Source: Octopus bimaculoides (taxonomy: Eukaryota). Taken from it: 64,000 nucleotides of DNA. The notes under the pieces are model-generated. The model had not been told where the DNA came from and searched no databases. It was given only the letters and a program-made list of their open reading frames with translations. The DNA lies in NCBI RefSeq assembly GCF_001194135.2, contig NC_068982.1, forward strand, positions 178,843,002-178,907,001, written 5' to 3'. Shown piece by piece: positions 25,928 through 38,892 of this stretch (positions within the stretch are counted from its first letter, which is position 1; every line of letters begins with the position of its first letter). A program made the translations under genes and the position numbers.

Positions 25928-25977
25928 NNNNNNNNNNNNNNNNNNNNNNNNNNNNNNNNNNNNNNNNNNNNNNNNNA

Positions 25978-26420
25978 TTCAGTTTATTTGAAGAGTTCTT
26001 GCCAAAAGAGGAAGAAACGGTTTCTAACCCTGATTCAAGTTTCTTTCATTGGAATTTCAACATCAGCAACAGGTTATTTTTGTGTGTATGTATGTATGTA
26101 TGTGCAGATTTGTATGTTTTTATGTATGCATTCTCATGGATATAGTTACACATCTAGACATGCTCATATATATTTAAATGATAAGCTTCTGGAAAGTTTT
26201 ACATATTTTTACAATTCCAGTGATGTATTGGACATGTAATCTTCGAATTAGCTTTCGCCTTTCTGGTTTTGAGAAGCCTCATTTCTCAAGATTGGTATTT
26301 AGGCAGTGTGTTGCATATCCAGAGCCCAATAATTACAGGTATAAACCTGAACTTGTAATCTGGATAGAGTAACGGCAGATTTCTCAAAAGTTCAGCATAG
26401 GTGTTCTCTTTTTCACTAAT
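25978..26420 (-). mobile_element. 5'-truncated RLE-type LINE 3' end (endonuclease C-terminus plus 3' UTR)
   Basis: SEKENTYAELLRNL..LYPDYKFRFIPVIIG-(frameshift)-GYATHCLNTNLEK*GF...ITGIVKICKTF*, which is a K..KY / IPIIIGALG-type RLE C-terminus. Confidence 0.7.
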
Positions 26421-26967
26421 AGGAACGCTGGAGGAAATGAACGACTACCCAGCATTTATTAGCTGGTGAAATTAATGAGATTTTGTAAAACAGGGCGCAA
26501 GCAAATTACTATGTTGCATAGTTCGTGACAAAATGAAATATGTAATCATGCAGACGATAAAAGTTTAACCCTGAAACATTCGGCTTAATAAGAGAAAACA
26601 GCTCTTCATGCAATTTATTTCGTTGTTAGTGTAATGCGTTTTTCACGCAGCTATTACTGTCAAATGGCGCTGAAATACATAATTAATATCAAAGTACCTT
26701 TTTTAATACTTTCAAATTTTAGAAACAGAGAAAGATCTCTTTCTGAGTAAACAGTACAAGGTATAAGAGAAATTGACGAAGATTCAGACATCGTTGTGAA
26801 GTTAAGAAATACGCTTTGTAACCATATGATTTTGGGTTCAATCGCAAGAACTTGGGATTGAAACTTGCAGTGTAGCCCTGAACTAATAAATGATTTGTGA
26901 GTGAATTCGGTAGACGGAAACTTTGTGGAATCCTGTCGTGTATACCCCCCCACACACATGTGCGTGT

Positions 26968-27090
26968 GTGTTTGTGTTTGTCTCACCAATCCCTTGACAA
27001 CGGGTGTTGGTTTGTTTATGTCATCGTAATTTAGCAGTTCTGCAAAAATAGGCCGATAAGTGCCGGACTTAAAATATATGTTCTGAAGTG
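26968..27090 (+). mobile_element. SINE family B 3' half
   Basis: tttgtctcaccaatcccttgacaacgggtgttggtttgtttatgtcatcgtaatttagcagttctgcaaaa, following a (TG)n tract. Confidence 0.75.
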
Positions 27091-27824
27091 GTATTAGAGA
27101 ATGACGAAAATCGACAACGATTTCAGTATTATCAGTGAAGCAAATCGTGGGCGCCATTAAACTAATATAAGAAAAAAAACTCAAAAAACAATATCTCAAC
27201 AGAGAGTGATTAATTAAATTTCTTCTTTATGGGAGCTTCCATAGTCCTACAGAAATGTATTGTTGCAGATCTTTCGGCTTTAAGGAATCTTGTATCTTAG
27301 ATATCTAAATCTATGATGGAACCTATGAGTAGTCGTTCGATTTGTAACAAATAGGAATCAAATGTTTCAGATCATATCTTAAAACCAGGACGGACACACA
27401 CTGGATAATGTAGTCCAAGACACATCTAAGGTACGATATAATCTGAGCTTTAATGTTTTGGGCTTTAAGTAATAGCCAATCCAGTGTTAAGCAACAAAGG
27501 AACGAGAAACGTCAGGAAGACGCATACGATCAAGAATGAGGGAAGTAAATATTATTCGTTCCTTCTTCCCTCTATATTTTCGTCTCCAAATATAGGTTCT
27601 CAGTGTTCTTTTACGCTTTTAAGAATATTTGCAAAGGATCGGAAATTTTCACTTTAATAATAACATCTCTAGCAAGCTTACGGGCTTCTTTATGTAACAT
27701 TTCAACAAACTGACTTTACATGAATCCTACTTGAAGAAGGCCCGAGTGCGTTGTGTAGTGAAACCTCAAGCTTCTGTTGGAACTAGAAATGAAGAGTTTT
27801 GTTCAAGAACGCAATCCACTACAC

Positions 27825-27885
27825 GGTTCGAAAATGGAGCATACGACCTAACAATCGTGAATCCAACACTCTAAACAATAGGCTG
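27825..27885 (-). mobile_element. tRNA-derived SINE head fragment (C/D type)
   Basis: Reverse complement gcctattgtttagagtgttggattcacgattgt resembles gcttagtggttagggcatttgactcacgactgt at 33969+. Confidence 0.5.
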
Positions 27886-27901
27886 TTTTAGTTTGTGCAC
27901 A

Positions 27902-28251
27902 GAAGGCGCAATTGCCCAGGGGTCAGGGCAGAGGATTCGCTGTCATCGATTCCCAGACCGGGTGTTATGAGTGTTTATTGAGCTGAAACACCTAAAGCTC
28001 CACAAGGCTCCGACAGGGAGAGGTGGCGAACTCTGTTGTATTCTTTGACCACTCTTTCTTCCTGTTGCTGTTGTACCTGTATTTCAAAGGGCCAGCTTTG
28101 TCACATTCTGTGTCACGCTGAATCTCCGCGAGAACTACGTTGAGGGTCACGTTTCTGTGGAGTGCTCAGTTACTTGCACGTTAACTTCATGAGCAGGCTG
28201 TTCCGTTGATGGGATCAACTGGAACCCTCGTCGTCGTAACCGACGGAGTGC
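27902..28251 (+). mobile_element. SINE family E
   Basis: tRNA-like head gaaggcgcaattgcccaggggtcagggcag...tcgattcccagaccggg. The 3' ~180 bp is shared with family D and ends cgtcgtcgtaaccgacggagtgc. Confidence 0.8.
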
Positions 28252-29599
28252 CCCGATAGTTTGTGCACGTTAATTTTCTAAAATATAACAGTTATCCTAG
28301 TTTATTATTAAATAAACTTTCGTAAATTCATGCACATTACAGTTTAAGAAAAGTGTTAATATTTTTAGTTTAAACTTACTCATACGAATACTTAGGAACT
28401 AAATACTTTTTACAAACCGGTACATTAAATTTAAAGTTTATTTCTGCCAAATTATAAACTACACATTTTATGTAATGCTCAGAATTACTTGAGCGTAAAT
28501 ATCATTGGATTTATTTTAGCTTTCAATGCGAATGAATTTTTATGGAAATTAAATGTAAATAAATGAATAAATGACACATTTAAAAATAAACTCGGAATTA
28601 TGTAAAGTATATTTTGCTACACAGATATTAAATGATAAAGCAGCAGCTATTAAAATCACCTACACTTCCTTTCGTAATCTACTGAAATATAAATTTCTAA
28701 AAGGAACAGTAACTGTGTCGGAGAATTGGATATGTGCGAAATATGCAGCATTTATCACAAAAATTGTAACATGAATTTCAAATTTAATATACATGTAATT
28801 CTTTCAAGTCTTGTTTCCTTGTTGAGATTGGAGCAAAGTGAAATTAATCTATCTGAATAATTAGTTTTATAGTAGTTTTATCTAGAAAGAAGGGTTATGC
28901 TCATAGCCTTTGCAGACTGGAAAGATTGAGAGTGCTAATGTTTGTCATGCAAGAAAACAAGAGCATAGAAGGAAAGGATTACTAGGCATAATGGTTACAC
29001 CGTGTGGAGATAGACACAGTATTTTCAACAAGAGAAGAGGTGAGTAAGCTAGGAAGGTTTGACTAATAGTGGCAAAATACCGGTGAAATCCGATGGCTTT
29101 AAGGCCACTGTACTTGCAACAGAAAGACCAGAGAGAAGAAACAACGTATCTGTAGCCAAAGCTGGCGTAGCTTAGTGAGCTGTTTCATAGCAATTGGTCG
29201 AATGGCCGTTTAATAAATGCGGTCTAGAAAGCGTGTGTGTGCGTAAGAGCAACAATGCCGTTCCCGTTGTGAGAACACTTGCCAATTCTAGGTACAAAAA
29301 TTCTAAGTGGGTTTGATTAATGTCAAGACTACGTAGAATTTTATTAATATCAAACCCAAAACTCCAGAGTTGGGCAAGTTACAATTGACTGAAAGCAGTC
29401 ACTCGAAGTTATAGCTGGTCGAATCAACAACTAATTGGATCGTAATATTATTTTGAATACGTGGAATAGATTAAAGAATGAAAAACTCATGTTGTTACAC
29501 TTTTAACATTTTTTCATGAAGACTTCATAATATATTTGTGCATGAATATGTGTTATGTGTTGAGGCTTAAACAGGAAGACGAACACAGGATATCACAAG

Positions 29600-29600
<1 letters not shown>

Positions 29601-29682
<82 letters not shown>
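29601..29682. repeat. (AC)n microsatellite
   Basis: Pure tandem run. Confidence 0.95.
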
Positions 29683-29685
<3 letters not shown>

Positions 29686-30782
29686 GGGAATGTTTTTTTA
29701 TATGTTAATGGACAACACATGGCAATAAACAAAAGAAACTGGTCCTGTGCCAAAATTTGAAATCAATATAACATTAAAATGTAAAATATTTTATTTAGAT
29801 AATTATTATAATTCGATTAATTGTTGATTCTAGCAAGTGTTTTTCGATTAACTTTTGTTTAACATTTTTTGATGAATTGTATTTCAATCAATTACTTTTG
29901 ATCGACTCGCTGTTAGGTTTTTTTAAATGCTTAATATTTTTGTGAGCCAATATATATTGTGACGCTAGAGACAAAGATCAGTTTTCTTTATGTGGAATTT
30001 GTGCGTTCGTGAAGAGGCAACGCCAGTGATGATGAGGCCAGGAATTTCAAGCGATCTTAACAGCTGCATGTATTATGCTACTTTTAAATCATAACATCAT
30101 AAAGCTACAACTGGATAACCATGTGAGAAACCTGCAGAATATATACAATATTTTTTTATAACAACCTTTACCTCATCTCTAGGTCAAACTATAATATCCT
30201 TTATCATTCAAAGATGTTACATTCTGTTAAAATATCATTACCTGCATTGGTAGTTTAGGAAATTTTCTTTTCACTGAAGGCACTTTAAATACGGTGAAAG
30301 CATTCACTATAGGATGCAAATACAAAGGAACGGTATGCTAGGCCTGCTTTGTTTATTAAATGGGTATTTATGGAACCGAACGACTAGAAACCAATGGACT
30401 GTGAAATTAAATGCGTCAAGCCTTATGTAGCTATTTTAACATGGTAAATATTATTGAATATACACATCGTACAATACATTACGCGTTTATAGTGGAACTG
30501 TTTGGCTCAATGATATAGGAAATATAAAAGTTAGGTGGTTAGTAAACAGAAGAGAATTTTACAAATATTATTTAGTATATAGACTTTAATTGTAGAAAGT
30601 TGTAATGCATTACATTATATCTGGTTATACTTAGAGACACATATTACGGTACTTTATAATGCTTTAATACAGAAAATGATGGAGTTTATTTCTTGATAAC
30701 TAAAACTAACAACATAAACGTAATGCACTTGTATGAAACCGACTATCTTGGAAATTACTTACATGTTTTATCATTAAATCCT

Positions 30783-30975
30783 TTACTTGTTTCAGTCACT
30801 GGATTGCGACCATGTTGGGTCACCACCTGGAAAGGCTTCGTCAAACAGCTCGATCCTAGTACATATTTTAAACGTTTGGTACTTATTCTGTCGGTCTCTT
30901 TGGCCAAACCGCTATTTCACTAGGATGCAAACAAGCCAAACCACTTGTCAAGTGGTGATGGGAGATAATCACAGA
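30783..30975 (-). mobile_element. SINE family B 3' half
   Basis: tttacttgtttcagtca...gcgaccatgttgg...ggtacttattctgtcggtctctttggccaaaccgct...cacttgtcaagtggtgatggg. Confidence 0.8.
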
Positions 30976-30995
30976 CAAGAGGAAGCACATACGTA

Positions 30996-31035
<40 letters not shown>

Positions 31036-31045
31036 NNNNNNNNNN

Positions 31046-31080
<35 letters not shown>

Positions 31081-31189
31081 GCACACACATTATTTTCAGA
31101 ATCCAATAGAATCGAGGAATATTAATAACAAAGGCACCAAAGTAGAGTCAAGGACAGCATACCCGTGTATCAACAGTATATACGGACAC

Positions 31190-31345
31190 TCACCTACTTA
31201 CTAAAGCAAATACTGAATTGACCTTCCAGTTACCCATGACTGCGCAAGTATAGACAAAATACACGTAACATCCCAAAACATCTCCAACATGTAGTCGACG
31301 GTCCGCTGTAGGCTCAAGGCCTAATTCAGGGAAGGTTCCGAGTGT
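31190..31345 (+). mobile_element. Possible LINE (CR1-like) 3' end remnant
   Basis: LTYLLKQILN*PSSYP weakly resembles the LD..L..IPDQP C-terminus; no other motif seen. Confidence 0.3.
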
Positions 31346-33404
31346 GGTGAGGTATAAATAATAATCTATACATACTGATGTTTACTAAAATAGTTTCAGA
31401 CGTATTGTTTTAATAAACAAATCAACTACATCATTAAAAAAAAACTGTTTCCTTCAGGTGAATTAAAATTAAAATACAATTTAACGTGTAGGATTTTTCA
31501 CACAGATAATATAGGATGTATATTGACTCTCTCATCTCAGTACCAGTTGAGAGAGTACATTGAGGGATGATATTTTGATGTTAAATATACATGGTAATAA
31601 ATCTGCCTACACTTCTAGACGACGAAGAAAGAAGAAAAAAATCACATCCTAGTTATAGGAGGCTAAAGGGTATTCTCAGTTAAAATAGATTGGTTGACGT
31701 AACGATTATTTTATGTGACGTGATGACAAGCGAAGAAAGAAAAGATGACAAAGAATAAAAATGAAATATAGAATGTAATAAATAAGTACAAATAAGTACA
31801 AATAAAAGTCACTAAATAATCATTATAAAGAAACTATGAAACACACACACAGTCACATGTGCGTGTTTGTGTGTATATATATGTGTGTGTGTATGTGTGT
31901 GCATATCTATATACATATATATGAGGTACTTTTATGAACGTGTGTGTTTTATGTGCTTCACGTGTATGTATGTCTTTAATATTGTTTTCTTTTATTGTTC
32001 CCTTATAATGATTATTCTATATTACTTCTATTCACTAATTTTGCAGAGTTCTCTTTCCCTTCACTTTGTACCAATTGTTGTAGGAGTGGTATTTCCCCAG
32101 AGAAATTCTAGATATTCACTTTATATAACGCGTGGAAAATATTCTCTAGATCCACCCTTTCCACTATACAAGATTCACCATATTGTATACAACCATGTCA
32201 AGTAAGAAATACCCCATCCCTACTCTGAGAGAGAATGCATTGTTGTGATAACACCCATGGATTCGATCATGAAGATGCTTTACTCATTCTTACATTATAC
32301 TGTGAATAAGCTCAATGTTTGAAATGTTTACGAGTAGTTATGGTTGCACAGACTTCAACACTGAATACTCTACTATCATCAGTCTCTTTCTTCAACCCGA
32401 CATCCATCTGAAAATTTTTAAGGGACATCAAGACGTTATTCAAGAATACAGTCACCTGACGTATGTATCGAACCTCTACAGATGATTCCTCCCGAACCAT
32501 CCCTAGCGCCGGGTACTTACGAAACGAATTAACTTGTATCTAGCACAGGTACAGCAAAATGGAAGAATGTATTATCCATATTATATAGTTCCGAAAGTTA
32601 CTGGAAGTCAACAAATATTCATCATTAGCTACCAGTCATCTTCAGTGTCTCAAGTCTAAGAAACAGAACTTTTCCAACACACATTTGAAGTTACCAATCA
32701 TCGCAACACAACCGCTACTATTCCCAAGACTATCTATTGGGCGGAGATAAAACGTTGCTGTCCTGTATGTACATTTAGTTAGGCTGCATAATGTTCGTTC
32801 GGCTGAGCAATGAATTTAAGGATTACGCAGCAACAGACAATGTTACGAATTCAGAGCTACAGGAAAGAATGAACCTCAACTGTATCGCATACATAAATAT
32901 GGAATATTTACCACAAGTTAATTTTCAGTTCAGTATATGTATACAGTTGTCAGATGTACATCATAATTAACGTGAGTGAGATACATTTCAACGGAATTTT
33001 CAAAAAACAAAAAGTTTATTAAAAATGCGAAATGGTTTTATTTACAACCTTGAATTGAAGAATTTTGAAAAATACACGTAAAACTTCACATTTGTTACAC
33101 TATATAAATTAAATATAGATGAGCTTGTGGAAAATCTTCTACTTTACGATATTTTATGTTCAAGAACTGTGCGTTTATTACTAGGTTGCGTGATATATAT
33201 CCTCTTACTACTGTAAAAGTCACGTGGTATTAGAAAGCTGTCTCCTCATCACATCCATCTCACGCACAAACACTCACATAAACGCTCATATATATTTATA
33301 ACTGGTAAGTCATGCTTAGTACTATTACCTCTTAGAGAGGTAAAACAGCAGGTGAAATGTAAAGTATAAATTTTATTGACATTATTAGAGAGTCTATTTC
33401 TACC

Positions 33405-33495
33405 GAGGTCGATAGAGTAAGTACCAGTTAAACACTGGGGCCTTACTCCTTCCCCCAAATTGCTGGCCTTGTACCAAAAATCGAAATTATTATTA
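33405..33495 (+). mobile_element. SINE family A 3' part
   Basis: gtcgatagagtaagtaccagttaaacactgggg...ttcccccaaattgctggccttgtaccaaaaatcgaaa. Confidence 0.75.
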
Positions 33496-33958
33496 ACGAG
33501 TTCATTGACTGGCAGCGTTCTGCATTTTGCTTCTGTTTGTAACATTCTCAATTAAATAGGATCGGGAAGCTGCCGATGATATTTAGTATTCAGGGACAGT
33601 AAGTCCCCAGTGTTTTTGTCTTAGGCTAAATACTTTAATTATTTTCACGCTTTTGTTTTTTTTTTTGATTTTTCGAACTGATATGAAAATTTTTAGACGA
33701 TTAGATATGTTATTTTTTAATGGAAGTGTTTGTGTATGAGTTAGTGAATATTTTCAATAATGAGCTATCTGGTTAGTAAACTGAAACCAGATTTAAGATG
33801 CTTAACTTTGTTAACAAATATGGAAATATTTTCGTTGTTATTGGCAGCAACTGAGTACAATATATAGTTTTATATGACGTGTGCTATAGTCGAAAACATT
33901 AGCAGCTTAATGAGAAATGGGCTAAAAGTGAGATCATTATATATATGTGTGTGTGTGT

Positions 33959-34281
33959 GAGGGCCAGCGGCTTAGTGGTTAGGGCATTTGACTCACGACT
34001 GTAAGAAACTTTATTTCACGAGAAAGAAACTTTATTTCACGAGGAAGAAACTTTATTTCACGTTGCTCCAGTCCACTCAGCTGACAAAACTGAGTTGTAC
34101 ATGTATTTCAAAGGGCCAGTCTCATCACACTCTGTTTCACGCTGAATCTCCCTGAGAACTATGTTAGGGGTACGCGTGTACCCCAAGTGGATAGCTCAGC
34201 CACTTGCACGTTAATTTCACGAACAAGCTGTTCTGTTGATCGTATCAGTTGGGACCCACGTCGTCGTAACCGACGGAGTGC
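33959..34281 (+). mobile_element. SINE family D, with a 21-bp triplication replacing the B-box region
   Basis: A-box head ggcttagtggttaggg; aagaaactttatttcacg x3 (34003-34062); core gttgctccagtccactcagctg; tail shared with family E. Confidence 0.85.
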
Positions 34282-34415
34282 TTCTTTATATATATAATGT
34301 CATATAATAAATGCCAAAACTAATTTCTGTGTGTCACTATTCATTGAAACTCCTACTGTTGCTCATCTTGGGGTGAGAGTAATAGTAGGCATACAGACGG
34401 TGAGGGTTGTGACGA

Positions 34416-34421
<6 letters not shown>

Positions 34422-34467
<46 letters not shown>

Positions 34468-34930
34468 AGGGAAAGAGAGGGAGAGAAAGAAAGATAAAGA
34501 AATTTAGGGAGAGTTGATGTTTTTTACTAAAAGAAGTAGTGTTGATGGTGACAGTGGGAGTAATGATAAGAAAGAGAGAGAGAGAAAGAGTGGTTATGTG
34601 AGAGAAAGAGGGACTTGAACTAACATGCTGAAGTAACATATTGAACGAACAAACACATTTAACCATTTTGTGATGGTAATAGGATGATAGTAATAGTATG
34701 AGCTGTATTTGGATAGAGGCGGAGGCGGTGGTGAGGGTGGTGGTGTTGGTGGTGGTGGTAGCCGAGGCGGTGAGGGATGATTTCAGAGTAAGTGATGTGA
34801 AAGATAGTGGTTATGGAGGGGAAGGCGACGGAGTCAATGGTATTGATGGCAGTGACGTCAGAAGTCTGAATGGTGTGTGTTTGGCAGATGTGGTGGCGAT
34901 GGTGGTGGTTCTATTGTTTATCATGCAATT
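34422..34930. repeat. (GA)n microsatellite and purine/GGT-rich low-complexity tract
   Basis: gagagaga run followed by ggtggtggt and gat-rich sequence. Confidence 0.8.
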
Positions 34931-35062
34931 TTGCAATAAGTTCAAAGTCGACAAATTCATTGCTTGAAAAATATTCTTGAAGTTTAATAAAATTCGATAT
35001 TTATTCAAGGCATGAAGTGTCATTGTTGCGCCCAAGGCCCACTGAAGAGCACTCCACAGGAG

Positions 35063-35101
35063 CTAGCTTAAAAACCGCCAGATAGGGCGGCTTTAAGCTA
35101 G
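35063..35101. other. 39-bp near-perfect palindrome with CTAG at both ends
   Basis: ctagcttaaa-aa-ccgcc-agatag-ggcgg-c-tttaagctag. Confidence 0.85.
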
Positions 35102-35737
35102 TATATATTTGTATGTATGCATGTATGTATATATATATAACCTTTTCAAATTTTTGCCACACACACACACATATATATATATGATGCGTGTGTTCGTGGA
35201 GAATGGTAAGTAGGGAAACGGGACTTTAAAAAAGCGATTCAAAGAATAATAGATTAAGAAATTGAAGTATTGAATTATGTGTAGTAAGGTTCAAATGTTG
35301 TAGAAAAAGATAGTGATCATGAGGACGTTAGTTTGTGGAAGTGGATGTGACTCACATATCTGTCTAAGTGTCTGTGGAAGGCGGTGGGGATTGGGAGCTG
35401 TGACTATTTTACATATAAAAAACGAAATTTGTTTATATATATATATATATTAACGAATTCATTATTTGTATGCAGGTTTAGGTTAGAAGGCTAGAATCAC
35501 ATAGTTGATTGCCATATATTACTTTCATCGTATCAATACTATGTGCCCCTCCGTACACCGATGGAGGCCGAAAAGAGAGATATCACAGTAACATGAAGGG
35601 AGTAATGTTGAAAGGATTTGAAGATTAAAAATTTGTATATGTAGGTATTTTCTACGGCAGCTTTGCTGGTGTCATTTTGTGTGAATGTTAAGTATGCATA
35701 TATGTGCGTGTGAATGAATAGATGTATGTGTATACAT

Positions 35738-35800
35738 GTATGTATGTATGTATGTATGTATGTATGTATGTATGTATGTATGTATGTATGTATGTATATA
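35738..35800. repeat. (TATG)n microsatellite
   Basis: Direct tandem run. Confidence 0.95.
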
Positions 35801-38581
35801 TGTACGTGTGTATGTGCGTGTATATATGTGTGTGAACCTGTACGTATATATACTATCAGGTAGGATATTATCGGAGATACCTATGAGCCTAGAGCTTTGT
35901 ACTGAAGCTTTTGTTAAACTAGCGTCTATAAAATGGTCAGCAAAATGGGTGCCCTGATTAACTGCCATACATTATTTTAAGTACAAAGAGGTTAAACTGA
36001 AGACGTTTTACTTTTTGCCTCTAATGTATATTAATGGAGGCTACATTTTATATGAAAGGAATCAAAATAGTATTGAATAAATGAGTAATCTGCAGATTAA
36101 ATATTTAAATCGGTCTTTATTCAGAATTCTATCTGATAAATATAATAGCAACGACTGAGTAAAATTCAGCATTTCCTTTTGTGTAAAAGAAATGGATTTT
36201 TATTGCGTTACTAGACCTGAACAAGCGTTTATATTATCATTCTTTAACGTTATACATGGTACTCGTTCATTACAATAAGCGTATTCCTTGGAAAGCGTCC
36301 TTTGTTTTACAATTTTGCTGTACTCGTTTGTTCCTTGAATATCATAAATGTTTCTAATTGGCGCCAAAGTACTACGAGTGATAAACAAACTCTTTTTCTT
36401 ATATTCTTTTTATATTTCAACCCAATCTCTAATAAAATGCTGCACTTTCATAGTATTTAACAATAACTCTGGATTAATTTTATATTGCTTTCTACTGTAA
36501 TGCAACACTCGATACCAATAACTCATATCTAATTTACTATTCACTCATTGGAAGTAAATGTTCATATGATGCTTCTTACAAATAGTAATGGTATATTTAT
36601 ATTATATATCGTACCGCTGAAGTGTATTATCATCATATACAAGTAGAATAACAAGTAAAAAGGAAGGAAGAGAGTTTCTTACAATACAAGGAGGAAAGTT
36701 TAAAAACAAAACATTATATATCTCATGCGAAAATGCTCATCTTCAGAAGAATACATTGAAGAAACTTGAGTCTACATAAATCCTACCGTTAAGATAGCCG
36801 AGAGAGTAATGACATCTCTCCTACCTCAACTTTATCCACGTTCAGTGTGATAACAGTAATAGTTCTTCAAAAGATTTTGTTTGTGGCTGTAGAGATCACA
36901 GTGGAGACGGTGGTGGATGGCTGACTACATGTTGTCAGAAGTAGTGTACTCGTCCAGCTTTCCTAATGGCAGGATCTACGTACAGTCACATTTCTTAACT
37001 GCATTCTTTTGAAGATGGATCTTTGCGAATGAATATAGAATTTGTTTTTAAATATTTTCCGCCTTGCGTCGTAAGAAGCTTTCCCCACTTTCTTTTTGTT
37101 TGTTAGTCTATTTCCGTATCCCAGTGCTTCATGTCAACGATAATGTTTTCCTTTTATCAAATATCTTTCTGGCTATATATGTTCTGAACATTTCCTTGGT
37201 GTCTGTGAAGAAATCGTAATCCTTCTAAGGAGGTTTAATCACATTTATGGCTTTTTATTTCTTAATGAATTCATTCTGAAGCGTTAGTTTAAGATGCACT
37301 GATTAAGATTCTTTATTTGATTTCACTGCTCTGTTTTATCAGAATTTTATATATTTAAGCCAAATACGTTAAAACCTCATTAAGACACATACTAACGCTT
37401 TTCTCTTCACTAATTATATTAATGAATTATATTAGAAATTACTGTTACGTTACTAATTCTATAAGCTTTTTTTTTCTATTTAAAACAAAATGCCTTTGTT
37501 TATAAGATTTCGAAAACGCCATTACATTACTCGGCAGTCAAAGGTTTGTTATTTCTCTCTGTTAAAACAAATAAATGAATAAATACGAGGCTAAATCTTC
37601 AAAACAAATGATTACAATAACATAAGGAATATATTGCTTTTTCCCTTTGAATGTCATGGAATTATGCTGTAGAAAATGTCTAAATTTTTGGCGGTTTCAT
37701 AATTAAGTCGTTATAATCGACTATTTTTCTCCCCGACCGCTTATTTTTAGGCTTGTATGAATATGAGAAATAATTATTAGTACCCATATCTTTATCATAT
37801 TTTTCAACAATCACAGAAAAAGCTAAGACAGTTATTTCTTAAAATAGTTGTACTTCGTTCATATATTTTTTAAAGAGTGGAATTTATCTCCTTAGCAAAG
37901 CCACAGCCAATTGGCTTAAGCCAGTATAATATTAAGTAAACTATAAAAATTTCCAAAAATTTATAATCTCCTCGAATTTCTTTCACTGACTATATATTTT
38001 AAACATTATCTCTGCAACAAAATTATAGTAAGCATCTCTAAAAGTCTTATATTTGTTTCTTCGTCAGAAGCATTTAATATTTAACAGAATATTTATCAAT
38101 ATTAATCGTCACCGTATCACAGATTAGACAAATGGTATTCGTAGAATTGTCACATAAAAACCAACAACACTATCTTTACTTAACTATGAAAAAGAGTATA
38201 GTTCACTCTAAACTTCTGTACTCAATCCTATATAAGAATTGGTTTAATTACTTATTGATCGAGATTATAAAACTATATTTAATGTAACCATATTTAAGAA
38301 AATACCCAAAAATTACAATTTTCTGGCTTTGGTATTGCTGCAAATCTGAGGTTCTATATTTTCTATAAGACTTCCTATATCATCAAATAGAATGATGTCA
38401 TGATTTTTCAGTAAGGAAGCAAGTATATATAAATTACAATTGTGCAATGATGTAAATTGCCATCTTAATCGACCTTCAAGTCCTCATTCATTGACGACTG
38501 GCGTATCACATCTAATGTTTTAGCAACGTTTTTCTTGATCTGGACTTGAGAGCTCAGTTCCAGGTACCTAATTCACAGTGG

Positions 38582-38892
38582 TGAAGGCACATGGCTCAGT
38601 GGTTAGAGTGAGTCCAGTTTCCCGACTGGGCTGTGTGCTGTGTTCTTAAGCAAGACTCTTTATTTCACGTTGTTCCAATTCACTCAGCTCTAGAAATGAA
38701 TTGCGACGTTACTGGGGGCTAAGCTGTATCGGCCGTTGCTTATTCTTTGGATAACATCGGTGGCGGGAAGAGGGGAGGCTGGTATGCATGGGTGACTGCT
38801 TGGCACAACCTTGCTCGGATTTGTACCTCGGAGGGGAGTCTCTTGGTGTAGTCCTATGCCCATTTATGACCGAAGGGAGTTTTAACTTTTTA
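38582..38892 (+). mobile_element. SINE family C, near full-length
   Basis: A-box tggctcagtggttagag; core ctttatttcacgttgttccaattcactcagct shared with family D; 3' half shared with 8130-8292. Confidence 0.85.

Noticed and set aside
27730-27775. TTGAAGA...GAAACCTC hammerhead-like string
   Set aside because: Stems I and II do not pair in the required register.
28911-29045. Candidate exon (tttgcag ... GAG|gtgagt)
   Set aside because: All three frames contain stops. The peptide fragments look more like a decayed RTE C-terminus, too weak to call.
32300-32760. Possible decayed LINE APE endonuclease (DFN-containing frame)
   Set aside because: Motif order could not be confirmed.
33959-34062. tRNA genes or CRISPR-like repeat-spacer arrays
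   Set aside because: The tRNA-like stretches are SINE heads without a complete cloverleaf. The short repeats are contiguous tandem copies without spacers, in eukaryotic DNA.
34698-34967. 89-aa Val/Gly-rich ORF
   Set aside because: It derives from a GGT/GAT low-complexity tract.
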